Shown: positions 53,602 to 62,701 of the stretch, in pieces
Position numbering within the stretch: position 1 is the stretch's first letter
How the letters are laid out: each line of letters opens with the position of its first letter
NCBI GenBank assembly: GCA_938075675.1
Contig: CALJHE010000022.1
Coordinates: 8,135-72,134 of the forward strand
Direction: 5' to 3'
DNA length: 64,000 nucleotides
Origin: Candidatus Poseidoniaceae archaeon
GTDB lineage: Archaea > Thermoplasmatota > Poseidoniia > Poseidoniales > Poseidoniaceae
Program-made: the position numbers and the translations under genes
The notes under the pieces: generated by a model
The model's input: the letters and a program-made list of their open reading frames with translations, nothing else
What the model was told of the DNA's origin: nothing
The model's database searches: none

Positions 53602-55077
53602 TTAGGAGCGCGTTAACACGCGCCATTCGCCCTTGCCGTTGAGGAAATCACTTTCTCCGCTGGTTTTAAGATCCCACCCACTCGGTGTAAACGTTATCTC
53701 TGGCGATAGAACGATTGTATCCACATTTGACAGGGTTGAATTCAAATCCTTCTCCCATGCAGTGTTCGTCGATCTCCAATGACCGGTGATGTTGTTTTCT
53801 CCCGCATCAAGCGGAGCATAAAACGTGTACAACCAGTGCATACCGAGAGTATCTTCTGATACCAACAGGAACTGTTCATCTTGACCCAGTTCCATTCCGA
53901 TTGCTGCCTCATCCGTCCACATGGTTTGGCCATGAAGAGACGCCATCAATGAGAGCGGAATCAGAAGAAGTACGGTCACGAACATAGCCTTCGTTTTCGA
54001 TTGAGGGGCATCGATGGTTGGTACGTCTTCGTGCTTACGAACGTAGTGCATCATCAGAACAGCCGGTACAAACAGCATTGTGATGTAACGGCCGTTGTTC
54101 CCCATTGTCCACACGACCCCAGGCCATTCAGCTCCCCAGATACTTGCTTCGTATGTCCAAAGTGCAGCCACATAGAACACGATTGCCACAAGTATGCCCG
54201 AGATGTATCCGGTCATCATGGCAAGTGTGGGTTCTTCAACGCGCTTTAAAGTGCGCCAAATTGAGCCGGCAAACGGCCACAGGACCATCCCAAATAACGT
54301 GAAGAGGACAACGACATCGAAGATTGAAAAAGCCACTGCCGAAGCATACCGCAAGGGCTGTTGACCGATGATGGCCAGTGTAGCATTGACTTCGAGTAAG
54401 CCAAACGCGACCATCAACAAAGCCACAGCCAGGCCGACACCGATTCCTACCATGTGCGGCCGAGACATCCATGCGGTTCCATTCAGTGTGCTTCCCTGAA
54501 GCCGTTGCCAAAGCAGAGCAATTGCTCCAGTGACCAGAGCGCCAAGCAGCACTCCTTGTGCATCAGCAAACCCCTTTGAATAGGCCATGGACATGAAGAA
54601 AACCCCACCACTAAAACACTGCAAGGGGCGATTTTTATTGGAAAGTACGCCGCTAAAAAGCAGTAAGGCCAGGGCTGAAAAGACTGCGAGGTACACTTCT
54701 TCATACCCTCTTCCGACGGAGAATATCATTGCGGGTGAAAGTGAAAAAACTGCGGCAGAACGAACCCCGCTCCATCGGTAGAGGCACGCTAAAAGTCCGA
54801 AGAAGGTGAAGAGTGCGAACGCTTTGATCCCCGTTTCAGAGAGGTCATAAAGCGGTAAAACAACACGTTCTCCACCGTCCGAAGCATCGCTTTGGCCAGC
54901 GATTTCAGGCCGTAAATCTCCCCACGGTAATGCTCCGTCTTCATCCACAGCCATCTTGACATGTGTGTCAAGGCCCAGATCACTGGTGAAGCAAGCAAGA
55001 ATGTTGAGGAGTATGCCTAAAATGAGGAGTTTTTGCCAGAAGCGGTCGTCTTCTATTCCCAACCGCTCCATAGTCAA
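53602..55077 (-). CDS. polytopic membrane protein (~11 TM) with C-terminal extracytoplasmic domain, possibly GT-C-fold glycosyltransferase
   Basis: topology only; first loop contains acidic DxD-like ALPWGDLRPE region. Confidence 0.4.
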   Translation of the reverse strand: MTMERLGIEDDRFWQKLLILGILLNILACFTSDLGLDTHVKMAVDEDGALPWGDLRPEIAGQSDASDGGERVVLPLYDLSETGIKAFALFTFFGLLACLYRWSGVRSAAVFSLSPAMIFSVGRGYEEVYLAVFSALALLLFSGVLSNKNRPLQCFSGGVFFMSMAYSKGFADAQGVLLGALVTGAIALLWQRLQGSTLNGTAWMSRPHMVGIGVGLAVALLMVAFGLLEVNATLAIIGQQPLRYASAVAFSIFDVVVLFTLFGMVLWPFAGSIWRTLKRVEEPTLAMMTGYISGILVAIVFYVAALWTYEASIWGAEWPGVVWTMGNNGRYITMLFVPAVLMMHYVRKHEDVPTIDAPQSKTKAMFVTVLLLIPLSLMASLHGQTMWTDEAAIGMELGQDEQFLLVSEDTLGMHWLYTFYAPLDAGENNITGHWRSTNTAWEKDLNSTLSNVDTIVLSPEITFTPSGWDLKTSGESDFLNGKGEWRVLTRS

Positions 55078-55123
55078 CGGTTCGGGGGGTGAGGTTCAAC
55101 CCTTTCGGACACTTCGGGGGTAC

Positions 55124-56161
55124 ATGGGCGGAATTCTCAACGGTGTGCGCATTGTCGATGTCTCACGAATTTTAGCAGGACCTTATGCAACACAGATGCT
55201 TTCGGATCTTGGTGCAGAAGTCATCAAAGTCGAAGCACCATGGGGAGACGATACCCGCAAATGGGGCCCACCTTTCACCACAGGTTTCGATGGGAAGCAG
55301 GTTGCTGCCTACTTTCTTTCGTGCAACAGGGGCAAAGAGATTGTAACGTTCAATTTGAAACAGCAAGCGGATGAAGTGCGCACATTGATTGAGACGGCGG
55401 ATGTGGTGGTTGAGAATTTCAAGCCCGGAACGCTTGAACGGCTTCTTGGCCCGATGCCAAAAGACGTGATTGTTTGCTCAATTTCGGCTTACGGTGCATC
55501 CGGCCCTCGCCGTGATGAGCCAGGATACGATGTCGCCTTGCAAGCACGCAGTGGCATTATGGGCATTACTGGCGAGGCGGACGCATCACCGGTGAAGGTC
55601 GGTGTCGCATGGATTGACGTCATTACCGGACTGAACGCCGGGAACGCTATTCTCGCAGCATTGTATCACAAAGAGAAGACCGGTGAATCGATGCAAATCG
55701 ATATCTCACTGTGGGATTGTGCGGTTGCGGCACTTGTCAATCAGGCACACAACGCCATGGCCAGCGGTGAAAATCCTCAACCGATGGGCTCAGCCCATCC
55801 AAATCTCGTTCCTTATCGAGCCTTCAAAGCAAACGACGGTTGGTTTGTGATTGGCGTTGGTTCGGACAACCAGTGGAGCGGTTTAGCAACGCATTTGTCG
55901 ATACCTGCTCACAGTGAATGGTCGACCAATGAAGGTCGAGTTCTGAACAGAGCAGCAGTCGAGAAAGCCGTTGCAGATGCCGTTTCGTCGATGAGCCGTC
56001 ATGAACTTGAATCGCTGCTTGTTGGCATTCCGTGCGCTCCGGTCAATACCGTTCTTGAAGCACTTAACGATCCTCAAAGCGTATCGAGAGGAGCAGTTAC
56101 CCAACACCAAGGCGTCGATGTCTTGGCAAGTCCACTGCGCTTCATGCGTCCTTCAGAATGA
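55124..56161 (+). CDS. CoA-transferase family III (CaiB/BaiF) protein
   Basis: N-terminal RIVDVSRILAGPYATQMLSDLGAEVIKVEAPWGDDTRKWGPP signature; conserved Asp region VGVAWIDVITG. Confidence 0.7.
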   Translation: MGGILNGVRIVDVSRILAGPYATQMLSDLGAEVIKVEAPWGDDTRKWGPPFTTGFDGKQVAAYFLSCNRGKEIVTFNLKQQADEVRTLIETADVVVENFKPGTLERLLGPMPKDVIVCSISAYGASGPRRDEPGYDVALQARSGIMGITGEADASPVKVGVAWIDVITGLNAGNAILAALYHKEKTGESMQIDISLWDCAVAALVNQAHNAMASGENPQPMGSAHPNLVPYRAFKANDGWFVIGVGSDNQWSGLATHLSIPAHSEWSTNEGRVLNRAAVEKAVADAVSSMSRHELESLLVGIPCAPVNTVLEALNDPQSVSRGAVTQHQGVDVLASPLRFMRPSE

Positions 56162-57181
56162 AAACAGAGACGTTTGACCGCCTTCTCGGATGAGCCCAAC
56201 TTCTCGGAGTTTATCGAAAGCGTTGTCCATTCGGCGTTGGCTGAATTGCCGTTCGACCTGCAAGAATTGCGTTAATCCTTTGACATCGATTTGTCCCGGC
56301 TCAAGATCCTCATCTGCCACATCCACAGCAGGATGCTCATGAAAGATACTTCGGATTTCATCGAGCCGCTCAGGAACTTCCTTGCCCTTGACTTGACATA
56401 TTGCCTCAATCGAACCGTGCTCTTTGATCAACTTGATTCCAGTTTTAGGGCCGATGCCTCGGATTCCAGGATGGAAGTCGGTTCCAATCATGATGGCAAG
56501 GTCAATCAGTTGAGAGCGAGAAAGGTCGTTTGATTGCAACATCCCTTCCAAATGTATCATCTGAGCTCGAACCGTTCTTCCATGTTGCTTGGAGCCGTCG
56601 CTCATTAAGTTTCGAACCAAGCGTGGCGTTCCATAGAGCAGAGCATCCCAGTCTTGGGTAGCAACGACATCCAGTTGGCCCTTTGCCGCCATTACAGCAG
56701 CTTGCCCTTCGCCTTCTGCCTTGGCGACAACCCACGGCACACCGAGTAAATCCAGCAACTGTTTTGTTTCATCAACCATTTCTTGAGAATAATGCATGAT
56801 GCGTGGAGCCATTTTCTGAGCGAGAGCGAAATCTCCGACTTCAAGTGCCTCTTTGTGAATGCGTTCAGCCTCCTCTCTGCGGGCTCTGCGGCTTGCCATC
56901 TCGTCGGCTTTCAAGTCTGGTGATTCACCATCAAAGATGTACACCGGTCGTATTCCGAGGTTGAGTAGGGTCGCAGTTCGGTTAAGGAAACCCATCAAGT
57001 GAGAGACCACTTTCCCATTATCTGCTTTGAGCGGACCCCCATCGCCTTGCGGAGAACGGTCCCTCATGGTTGTAAGAAATTGGAAAGCGGTGAGAAATGC
57101 ATCGATGCCCACTCTCTGACCCGATAGGCTTGCTAGGTCTATGTTTTCTGCAGTTGCTAGGTCTTTCAGATTGCAGCCCAT
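56153..57181 (-). CDS. fen: flap endonuclease 1
   Basis: XPG-N/XPG-I nuclease motifs (VYIFDGESPDLKADE; GVPWVVAKAEGEGQAA; ATQDWDALLYG), H3TH GIRGIGPKTG, C-terminal PIP box QTSLFSF. Confidence 0.85.
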   Translation of the reverse strand: MGCNLKDLATAENIDLASLSGQRVGIDAFLTAFQFLTTMRDRSPQGDGGPLKADNGKVVSHLMGFLNRTATLLNLGIRPVYIFDGESPDLKADEMASRRARREEAERIHKEALEVGDFALAQKMAPRIMHYSQEMVDETKQLLDLLGVPWVVAKAEGEGQAAVMAAKGQLDVVATQDWDALLYGTPRLVRNLMSDGSKQHGRTVRAQMIHLEGMLQSNDLSRSQLIDLAIMIGTDFHPGIRGIGPKTGIKLIKEHGSIEAICQVKGKEVPERLDEIRSIFHEHPAVDVADEDLEPGQIDVKGLTQFLQVERQFSQRRMDNAFDKLREVGLIREGGQTSLFSF

Positions 57182-57256
57182 GGTATGAACATAAGTTGAC
57201 AGTATGTGTATATTGGCATGCGAACCCGTCAAGAAGTCGAGACGCAAGCGCCCACC

Positions 57257-58396
57257 ATGGCGAGTCATGTTGCGAGTTTACGCGGCTGGCACACTGCATT
57301 GGCCCGCGCCGAGATTGCCTCGCTTCTTCCAGAGGTCGAACTCAAACGTCTTTCTGCGCGACGTTTGGTTCAACTTGAAGGCGAAATTTCAGCGGAACGC
57401 ATGCTCGAGGCTGTGAACTGCTCGAGCGGTTGTCAAGCCTTGCTTTCTCATGCCGTTCTTTGGTCCAGAGACGACGGTATCGATTCTTTGCTTGAAAAGA
57501 TGGGTGCATACATCCAAACGCATGTTCGAACGGGTTCTGTCGCTGTTCGTTCATGGAAGCATGAAGGGAAAATGGAAGGCGTCAGTGCTCGTGAATTAAT
57601 GAGGAAAATCGGTGGCATGTTGTCCGAGCAAGGTTATCAGATTGACCTTGAGCAACCGGAACATCGCCTTGGAATGGTGTTGGATGCAACAGCCGGCATC
57701 GTTGCGTGCGGCTGGATGATTGGTACTGGCGATGACTCCGACGGCATATCTGCTCGTCGGGCGACGGACCGTCCATTTTTCAAGCCGGTGAGTCTTGACC
57801 CACGGCTGGCTCGCTTAGCAATCAACTTGGCCTCAGGGCCTCGGCACAAGGGTGCGACGCTTGACTTGATGACCGGTACCGGCGGATTTGTTCTTGAAGC
57901 AGCGGTCTCGGGAAGAGAGGCATACGGCATTGACCTTGATCCAGAAATGATTGACGGAGCACAAAGAAATCTTGACTGGGCTGAACAGGCAAGCAACGCT
58001 TCTTTGCTGTTGGGGGACGCAACACGCCTTGCAGAAATCTTACCCAAAGACGCTCTTCATCGCATCAGTGGGTTTGTTCTTGACCCACCATACGGTAGAA
58101 ACTCACAAGGAACGCTTGAGCCGACGGCTTTGATCCGTGCTGTCTTAGAGAGTTCTCATTCCGTTGCAGCAACCGATGCTCATTTTGTATTGATTGTGCC
58201 CATCCACCCGTTTGGAGAACATGCTGAAGAGGCTTTGCCAGAAGACGCAACAGTCGAACTGTTGCACGGACAATGGGATGCGTTGCAAGCATGCTTTGAG
58301 CAAACCGGTTGGAGGCTGTTGGGTCGATGGGTTGAACACGTTCATGCCAGTCTTGGACGGCTTATTCTTCATGCAGCAATTGTTCCTCAAGATTGA
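57257..58396 (+). CDS. THUMP-domain tRNA (guanine-N2)-methyltransferase (Trm11/Trm-G10-like)
   Basis: N-terminal THUMP-like region, SAM-MTase with DPPYG motif (VLDPPYGRN). Confidence 0.55.
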   Translation: MASHVASLRGWHTALARAEIASLLPEVELKRLSARRLVQLEGEISAERMLEAVNCSSGCQALLSHAVLWSRDDGIDSLLEKMGAYIQTHVRTGSVAVRSWKHEGKMEGVSARELMRKIGGMLSEQGYQIDLEQPEHRLGMVLDATAGIVACGWMIGTGDDSDGISARRATDRPFFKPVSLDPRLARLAINLASGPRHKGATLDLMTGTGGFVLEAAVSGREAYGIDLDPEMIDGAQRNLDWAEQASNASLLLGDATRLAEILPKDALHRISGFVLDPPYGRNSQGTLEPTALIRAVLESSHSVAATDAHFVLIVPIHPFGEHAEEALPEDATVELLHGQWDALQACFEQTGWRLLGRWVEHVHASLGRLILHAAIVPQD

Positions 58397-58808
58397 GCAG
58401 AACAATCGAATCTTCCTCAGTTGGTTCAGGGAATCTGGCTCGATGTGGGCACCCCTCGTCAAGAATAGCCTCGTCTTCATGATTGAGAACATTCGGATAG
58501 GTTCTGCATCCTTTCGGCCGGACTTCGTATACTGAGCACATGCCCTCTGCGTTGACATCTGAGGAGGAGGTCAACAGGAAGACGCATGCTCTTGTGCTTT
58601 CGTTGTTGAGCAGCGTGAGAATACCGTTGTTTCTCCACGTAAAGTCTTCAACGGCTAACCCAGTACGGCGGGAGAGCAACGAAGCTTCTGCTTTGGTGAG
58701 CGGCATGGTCGTCTCTCGACAACAAGCTGAACAGCCCATTGGGACACATGGGAGTGAGCGGGCCATATCCGTGCCAAACCATCCGCCTTCTTCAAGAAGG
58801 GGGGGCAT
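58362..58808 (-). CDS. YkgJ-family (UPF0153) Zn/Fe-chelating CxxCxxCC protein
   Basis: GCSACCRET plus C.FL...G.C.VYEVRP.GCRTYP signature; 3' end overlaps Trm11-like gene by ~35 nt on opposite strand. Confidence 0.5.
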   Translation of the reverse strand: MPPLLEEGGWFGTDMARSLPCVPMGCSACCRETTMPLTKAEASLLSRRTGLAVEDFTWRNNGILTLLNNESTRACVFLLTSSSDVNAEGMCSVYEVRPKGCRTYPNVLNHEDEAILDEGCPHRARFPEPTEEDSIVLLNLEEQLLHEE

Positions 58809-58821
58809 CTGGGCAGGTCAA

Positions 58822-58895
58822 GGGCGATTAGGGTAGCCTGGATATCCTGACGGGCTTCGAACCCGTCGACGCGGGTTCGAATCCTGCATCGCCCA
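58822..58895 (+). tRNA. tRNA-Arg (anticodon TCG), tentative
   Basis: acceptor GGGCGAT/ATCGCCC perfect 7 bp, T-arm GCGGG-TTCGAAT-CCTGC, anticodon stem ACGGG/CCCGT with loop CTTCGAA; D-arm/connector has one extra nt by hand fold. Confidence 0.6.
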
Positions 58896-59004
58896 CTTCT
58901 CAGTGGCCTTGTTCGGTCATTTTTTTGTTGGTTGGATTACATTATTCAGCAGCAAGAGGAACTGCTAAGAGCACCGGGCATACACCTGTAATTGAGGGAA
59001 TGAA

Positions 59005-59766
59005 ATGAAACTTCGACTTCATCAGTTTCTCTCGAAGACGGGAGATTTCACCTCGAAGGCAGACGTAAAGCAAGCGATCTGGGACGGCGATGTCACCGTC
59101 AACGGTTCAGTTGTCAAGAACATCGCCTTTGAATTCAATCCAGCCAAGCGAGTTGTCGAATTCCAAGGTCGAGTCCTTAAACTCCCAGTAACCGATTTCT
59201 ATTTCCTGCTTCACAAACCGCAAGGCTACATTTGTTCTCGTCTTAATTCGCAGGAGCGCGAACTCAACAAGACCTCAGTCTATGAGTTGTTTCGGGGCGC
59301 AGTTGAGCCTAAAGTGTTCGAATCACTCGTTACCGTTGGACGGCTTGATGAAGATACAACCGGTTTTCTTCTTGTGACGACGGATGGCAAAATGGTTCAT
59401 GCCATCACAGATCCAAATCGACACATCAAGAAGACATACCGAGTAGAGACCGAACATCCAATTTCTCGCCAAGATATCGATGCCATTCGTGAAGGCGTTG
59501 ATGTATCGGTTGTGGAATTTGGAACTGTAGAAGAGTTCCGCACCCGTGGCGCCCATGTCTATTTGGAAGGCGAACGCTGCGCGATTCTTACCATTGATGA
59601 AGGGAAGAAACGACAGATACGCCGTATGTTCACGACTTTAGGAAACAACGTCGTGCATCTTCACCGTTTGTCAACCGAGGCAATGGTACTCTCTGAATAC
59701 GACCTCAAACCGGGCGAATTTAGTCGAATCACCCGAGAAGATATCAATCGTGCTCTGTTCTCTTGA
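59005..59766 (+). CDS. S4-domain pseudouridine synthase, RsuA/RluB family
   Basis: N-terminal S4 (LRLHQFLSKTG), catalytic VGRLDEDTTGFLLVTTDG, EGKKRQIRRMF. Confidence 0.75.
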   Translation: MKLRLHQFLSKTGDFTSKADVKQAIWDGDVTVNGSVVKNIAFEFNPAKRVVEFQGRVLKLPVTDFYFLLHKPQGYICSRLNSQERELNKTSVYELFRGAVEPKVFESLVTVGRLDEDTTGFLLVTTDGKMVHAITDPNRHIKKTYRVETEHPISRQDIDAIREGVDVSVVEFGTVEEFRTRGAHVYLEGERCAILTIDEGKKRQIRRMFTTLGNNVVHLHRLSTEAMVLSEYDLKPGEFSRITREDINRALFS

Positions 59767-61084
59767 GGGAATCCTCGTCCTTTATCCGCCATTTTTGCAT
59801 TGAACCGTAGGTAAGGCTGCGCCAAAGCCATTCCGCTGGGCCAAACGAATAACGTTTGAGCCACCACGGACTGAGAGCCAACTGTACCATCCAGATAAGC
59901 AACACAATCACGTAGAGTTCCCACCGTTCAAACACCCCAATGAGTCCAAACCCGGCGCCGGTGAACAGTACGAGGCAAATGAGGGAATGAAGCAAGTAGT
60001 TGCTCAATGCCATTCGGCCTACAGCTGCGAGCCGATTTTTGAGTCCAGACCAAATTTCACCTTGGCAGAACAACATGATCAATCCGAGCCACCCCATCGA
60101 CATTGCAACTCTCCCGAGTTGGTATGTCCCCTGAAAATACCCCGAAACTACGATGGCATCAAAATCAGAGTCAATGGCTTGAAACAATTCGAAACCGTTG
60201 ACTGCTAAACCCAAAGCAAACCCTCCTATCGCCAGTTGAAGATAATTTTTCTTTGAACGCTGTGCTGAGAGAACGCCCATGCGATACAACCCCATGCCGA
60301 GCAGCATCATTCCAACGCAATCCCAGAGCATGTACACTGGCGTAAAAAACAACAAACTGCCAATCACCTTTTTGGCACTGTAATCAGCAATTTCGATGTA
60401 GGAGCCTCGACGGACATCCAGTTCTTCTTCCATGGCAGATTCGTTGTATGTGAATTGATTTTCAGAATCGGTCCACAACGCCGCAAGTTCACGTTCATCA
60501 GGAGAGTGTTCTGCGGAAGGATCTGCATCAATCCTAGCGGCCGCATCTCGCCCCTCTTCGACAAGGACTCCAGAGACTGCAAAGAGGATGGAAGTGCAAA
60601 GTAAGACTGTGGCCGAAAGAATCAACAGCGTCTTTGGTCGAGCATTTCGTAGCGGATAAAGCAGTGCGCCTGCCATGGCGTAGAGGATGAGAATATCACC
60701 TGTCCAAAGCAACACGAAAGAATCGAACATCCCAAACAAAAGAAGAAAAAATGTTCTCTTGTAGTGAAGAAAAGCGCCTTTTTCTTTCCCGGCACGGGTT
60801 CCAAATCCAGTGGCAAACAGGACGATTCCAGCACCAAATAACAAGGAGAATAAACCGCGCATTGAACCTTCGAAAAACAGATTCATGATGCCCCAAACTG
60901 CATAATTTAATTCCGGATTTTTTCCAAGCCCAACCAGTGGATGAAAATATCCTGCTGAAGCCATGCCAAAACCAAGAATGTTGAGCAGAAGAACGCCAAG
61001 CAGCGCCACACCGCGGAGAATATCTAACGAGGCGATACGAGCCGAAACAGCAACAGGAGCGTTCGCCTGAACCGTGTTCTCCAT
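59744..61084 (-). CDS. DUF418/YeiB-family membrane protein
   Basis: N-terminal DILRGVALLGVLLLN, C-terminal GPAEWLWRSLTYG hallmark. Confidence 0.55.
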   Translation of the reverse strand: MENTVQANAPVAVSARIASLDILRGVALLGVLLLNILGFGMASAGYFHPLVGLGKNPELNYAVWGIMNLFFEGSMRGLFSLLFGAGIVLFATGFGTRAGKEKGAFLHYKRTFFLLLFGMFDSFVLLWTGDILILYAMAGALLYPLRNARPKTLLILSATVLLCTSILFAVSGVLVEEGRDAAARIDADPSAEHSPDERELAALWTDSENQFTYNESAMEEELDVRRGSYIEIADYSAKKVIGSLLFFTPVYMLWDCVGMMLLGMGLYRMGVLSAQRSKKNYLQLAIGGFALGLAVNGFELFQAIDSDFDAIVVSGYFQGTYQLGRVAMSMGWLGLIMLFCQGEIWSGLKNRLAAVGRMALSNYLLHSLICLVLFTGAGFGLIGVFERWELYVIVLLIWMVQLALSPWWLKRYSFGPAEWLWRSLTYGSMQKWRIKDEDSLKRTEHD

Positions 61085-61145
61085 GATGGTTGCATGGTGG
61101 CTGAATGGATAAGGATTCAGCAGGAATCATGCCGTGCTCTGTTGA

Positions 61146-62579
61146 TTAGAAGCCGTTTTCGAGCAACCATCCAGTCACAGGGATGTTGTTCGAACGGAGA
61201 ATGGCAGCGGCGTCTTTCAACAAGTTTTGACGCAGTGGGATATTCTGTCGCTGTTCGGCAATGGCAGCGAGTTGAACCAAAGCGTCGGACGCCCCTTCGT
61301 GGTCGTTTGCGGTCTTCGCAAGGCGTAAACTGCGTTCAAATTGGCCGTGCGCTGCATCCAAATTGTTTCTGTAGAGATTTGTGTTGCCGATGTTGAACAG
61401 GGCGATTGCTTCGCCTTGACGATCACCGAGCTGCTTCATGATGGTCAATGAATCGTTGAAGTATTGCTCGGCTTCTTCGAAACGGTCCTGCTCTTCATAA
61501 AACACGCCAAGAAGGTTCAGTGTGTCGGACTGACCGCGTAAATCCGACAGCGTTCTCTTCATTTTCAATGCCATTTTGTAGAGGCGCTCTGCTTCAATTA
61601 AATCGCCTCTTTGTTTTGCCTGCGATGCGAGTTGAACATGGGAATAGGCCTCGCCACGGCGGTCACCGATTTCTCGTTTGATGGCGATGCTTTGATTGGT
61701 TAAGCGCTGCGCATCACTTGGATTACCAAGATGTTCAGCGATGGTTGCAAGATTTGATAGGATGATTGCTTCGCCTTCCATGTCTTTTTGTTTTCTTTTG
61801 ATGATAAGTCCCTGGCGGTAGTGTGTTTGGGCTGCTGGGAAATCTTTCTTGATTTCTAAAATATTCCCTAAACCAATCAGGGCGATGGCAACACCGTTTT
61901 CATCGCTGTACTCTTCTTTAATTTTCAGTGCTTCATTGAACAAGTTTTGGGCTTGGTCGTACTCGTTTCCAACGAAGGCAAGATTCGCCATGGCCAAAAT
62001 GACATCGGCTTCACCGTTTGGCTCGTTAATTTCGTTCTTCATTCCGCGTGCGTTTCTAAAATCAGAATAGGCTTGAGCAAGGTCGCCTTGATTGAGTGCA
62101 ACATATCCGATGTTGATGAGTGCATCAGCCTCGCCGCTGCGATTTCGTTCCGAACGGAAGGTTTCAAGCGCTCGTTCATAGTAGTCCATTGCCGCTTGAA
62201 AGCGACCAGTGAGCCGAGCAGCGTTTCCAAGCCTAAGGTCTGTTGAACCTTGGATATGAACGCCTTGAGATGCCAATTTATCGCTGGATTTGAGAAGGTT
62301 TTTGACGTTCGCCATCTGTTGCTGAGATGGATTTGAGGACTGAATGTTCCCTACAAAGCCAATTTGTTCCAAGGCCAAAACCATCGCTTTAGCAAGGTCT
62401 TCAGGGCTGTTTTGGACAATCGTTTGTGAGGTGAGGTTACCCATGATGACGCTGTCAACAATTTTCTGTTGTGTGTACACTTGAGCGCCGGATGTATGTT
62501 GGGTTTGGGTGCCGACTGGGACCCATTCAGAACCCGTCCATTCCGACTTTCCATCAGGGCTTCGTTGCGGCTCCACCAT
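61146..62579 (-). CDS. tetratricopeptide-repeat protein with N-terminal DGKSEWTGSEWVP motif
   Basis: >=9 TPR units (A..Y...L....G); N-terminal Trp-rich motif shared with 25476-25961. Confidence 0.7.
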   Translation of the reverse strand: MVEPQRSPDGKSEWTGSEWVPVGTQTQHTSGAQVYTQQKIVDSVIMGNLTSQTIVQNSPEDLAKAMVLALEQIGFVGNIQSSNPSQQQMANVKNLLKSSDKLASQGVHIQGSTDLRLGNAARLTGRFQAAMDYYERALETFRSERNRSGEADALINIGYVALNQGDLAQAYSDFRNARGMKNEINEPNGEADVILAMANLAFVGNEYDQAQNLFNEALKIKEEYSDENGVAIALIGLGNILEIKKDFPAAQTHYRQGLIIKRKQKDMEGEAIILSNLATIAEHLGNPSDAQRLTNQSIAIKREIGDRRGEAYSHVQLASQAKQRGDLIEAERLYKMALKMKRTLSDLRGQSDTLNLLGVFYEEQDRFEEAEQYFNDSLTIMKQLGDRQGEAIALFNIGNTNLYRNNLDAAHGQFERSLRLAKTANDHEGASDALVQLAAIAEQRQNIPLRQNLLKDAAAILRSNNIPVTGWLLENGF

Positions 62580-62701
62580 GAAACGAAGACGAGGTAGTCC
62601 AGTATCTAAGTATTGTATACTTGGGTAAATCCTTCGGGCTTTATCGTGATACTGTTAAATGATACATCTGTGGCTGTAAGTGCGAACAGGGAGGTATCAA
62701 T

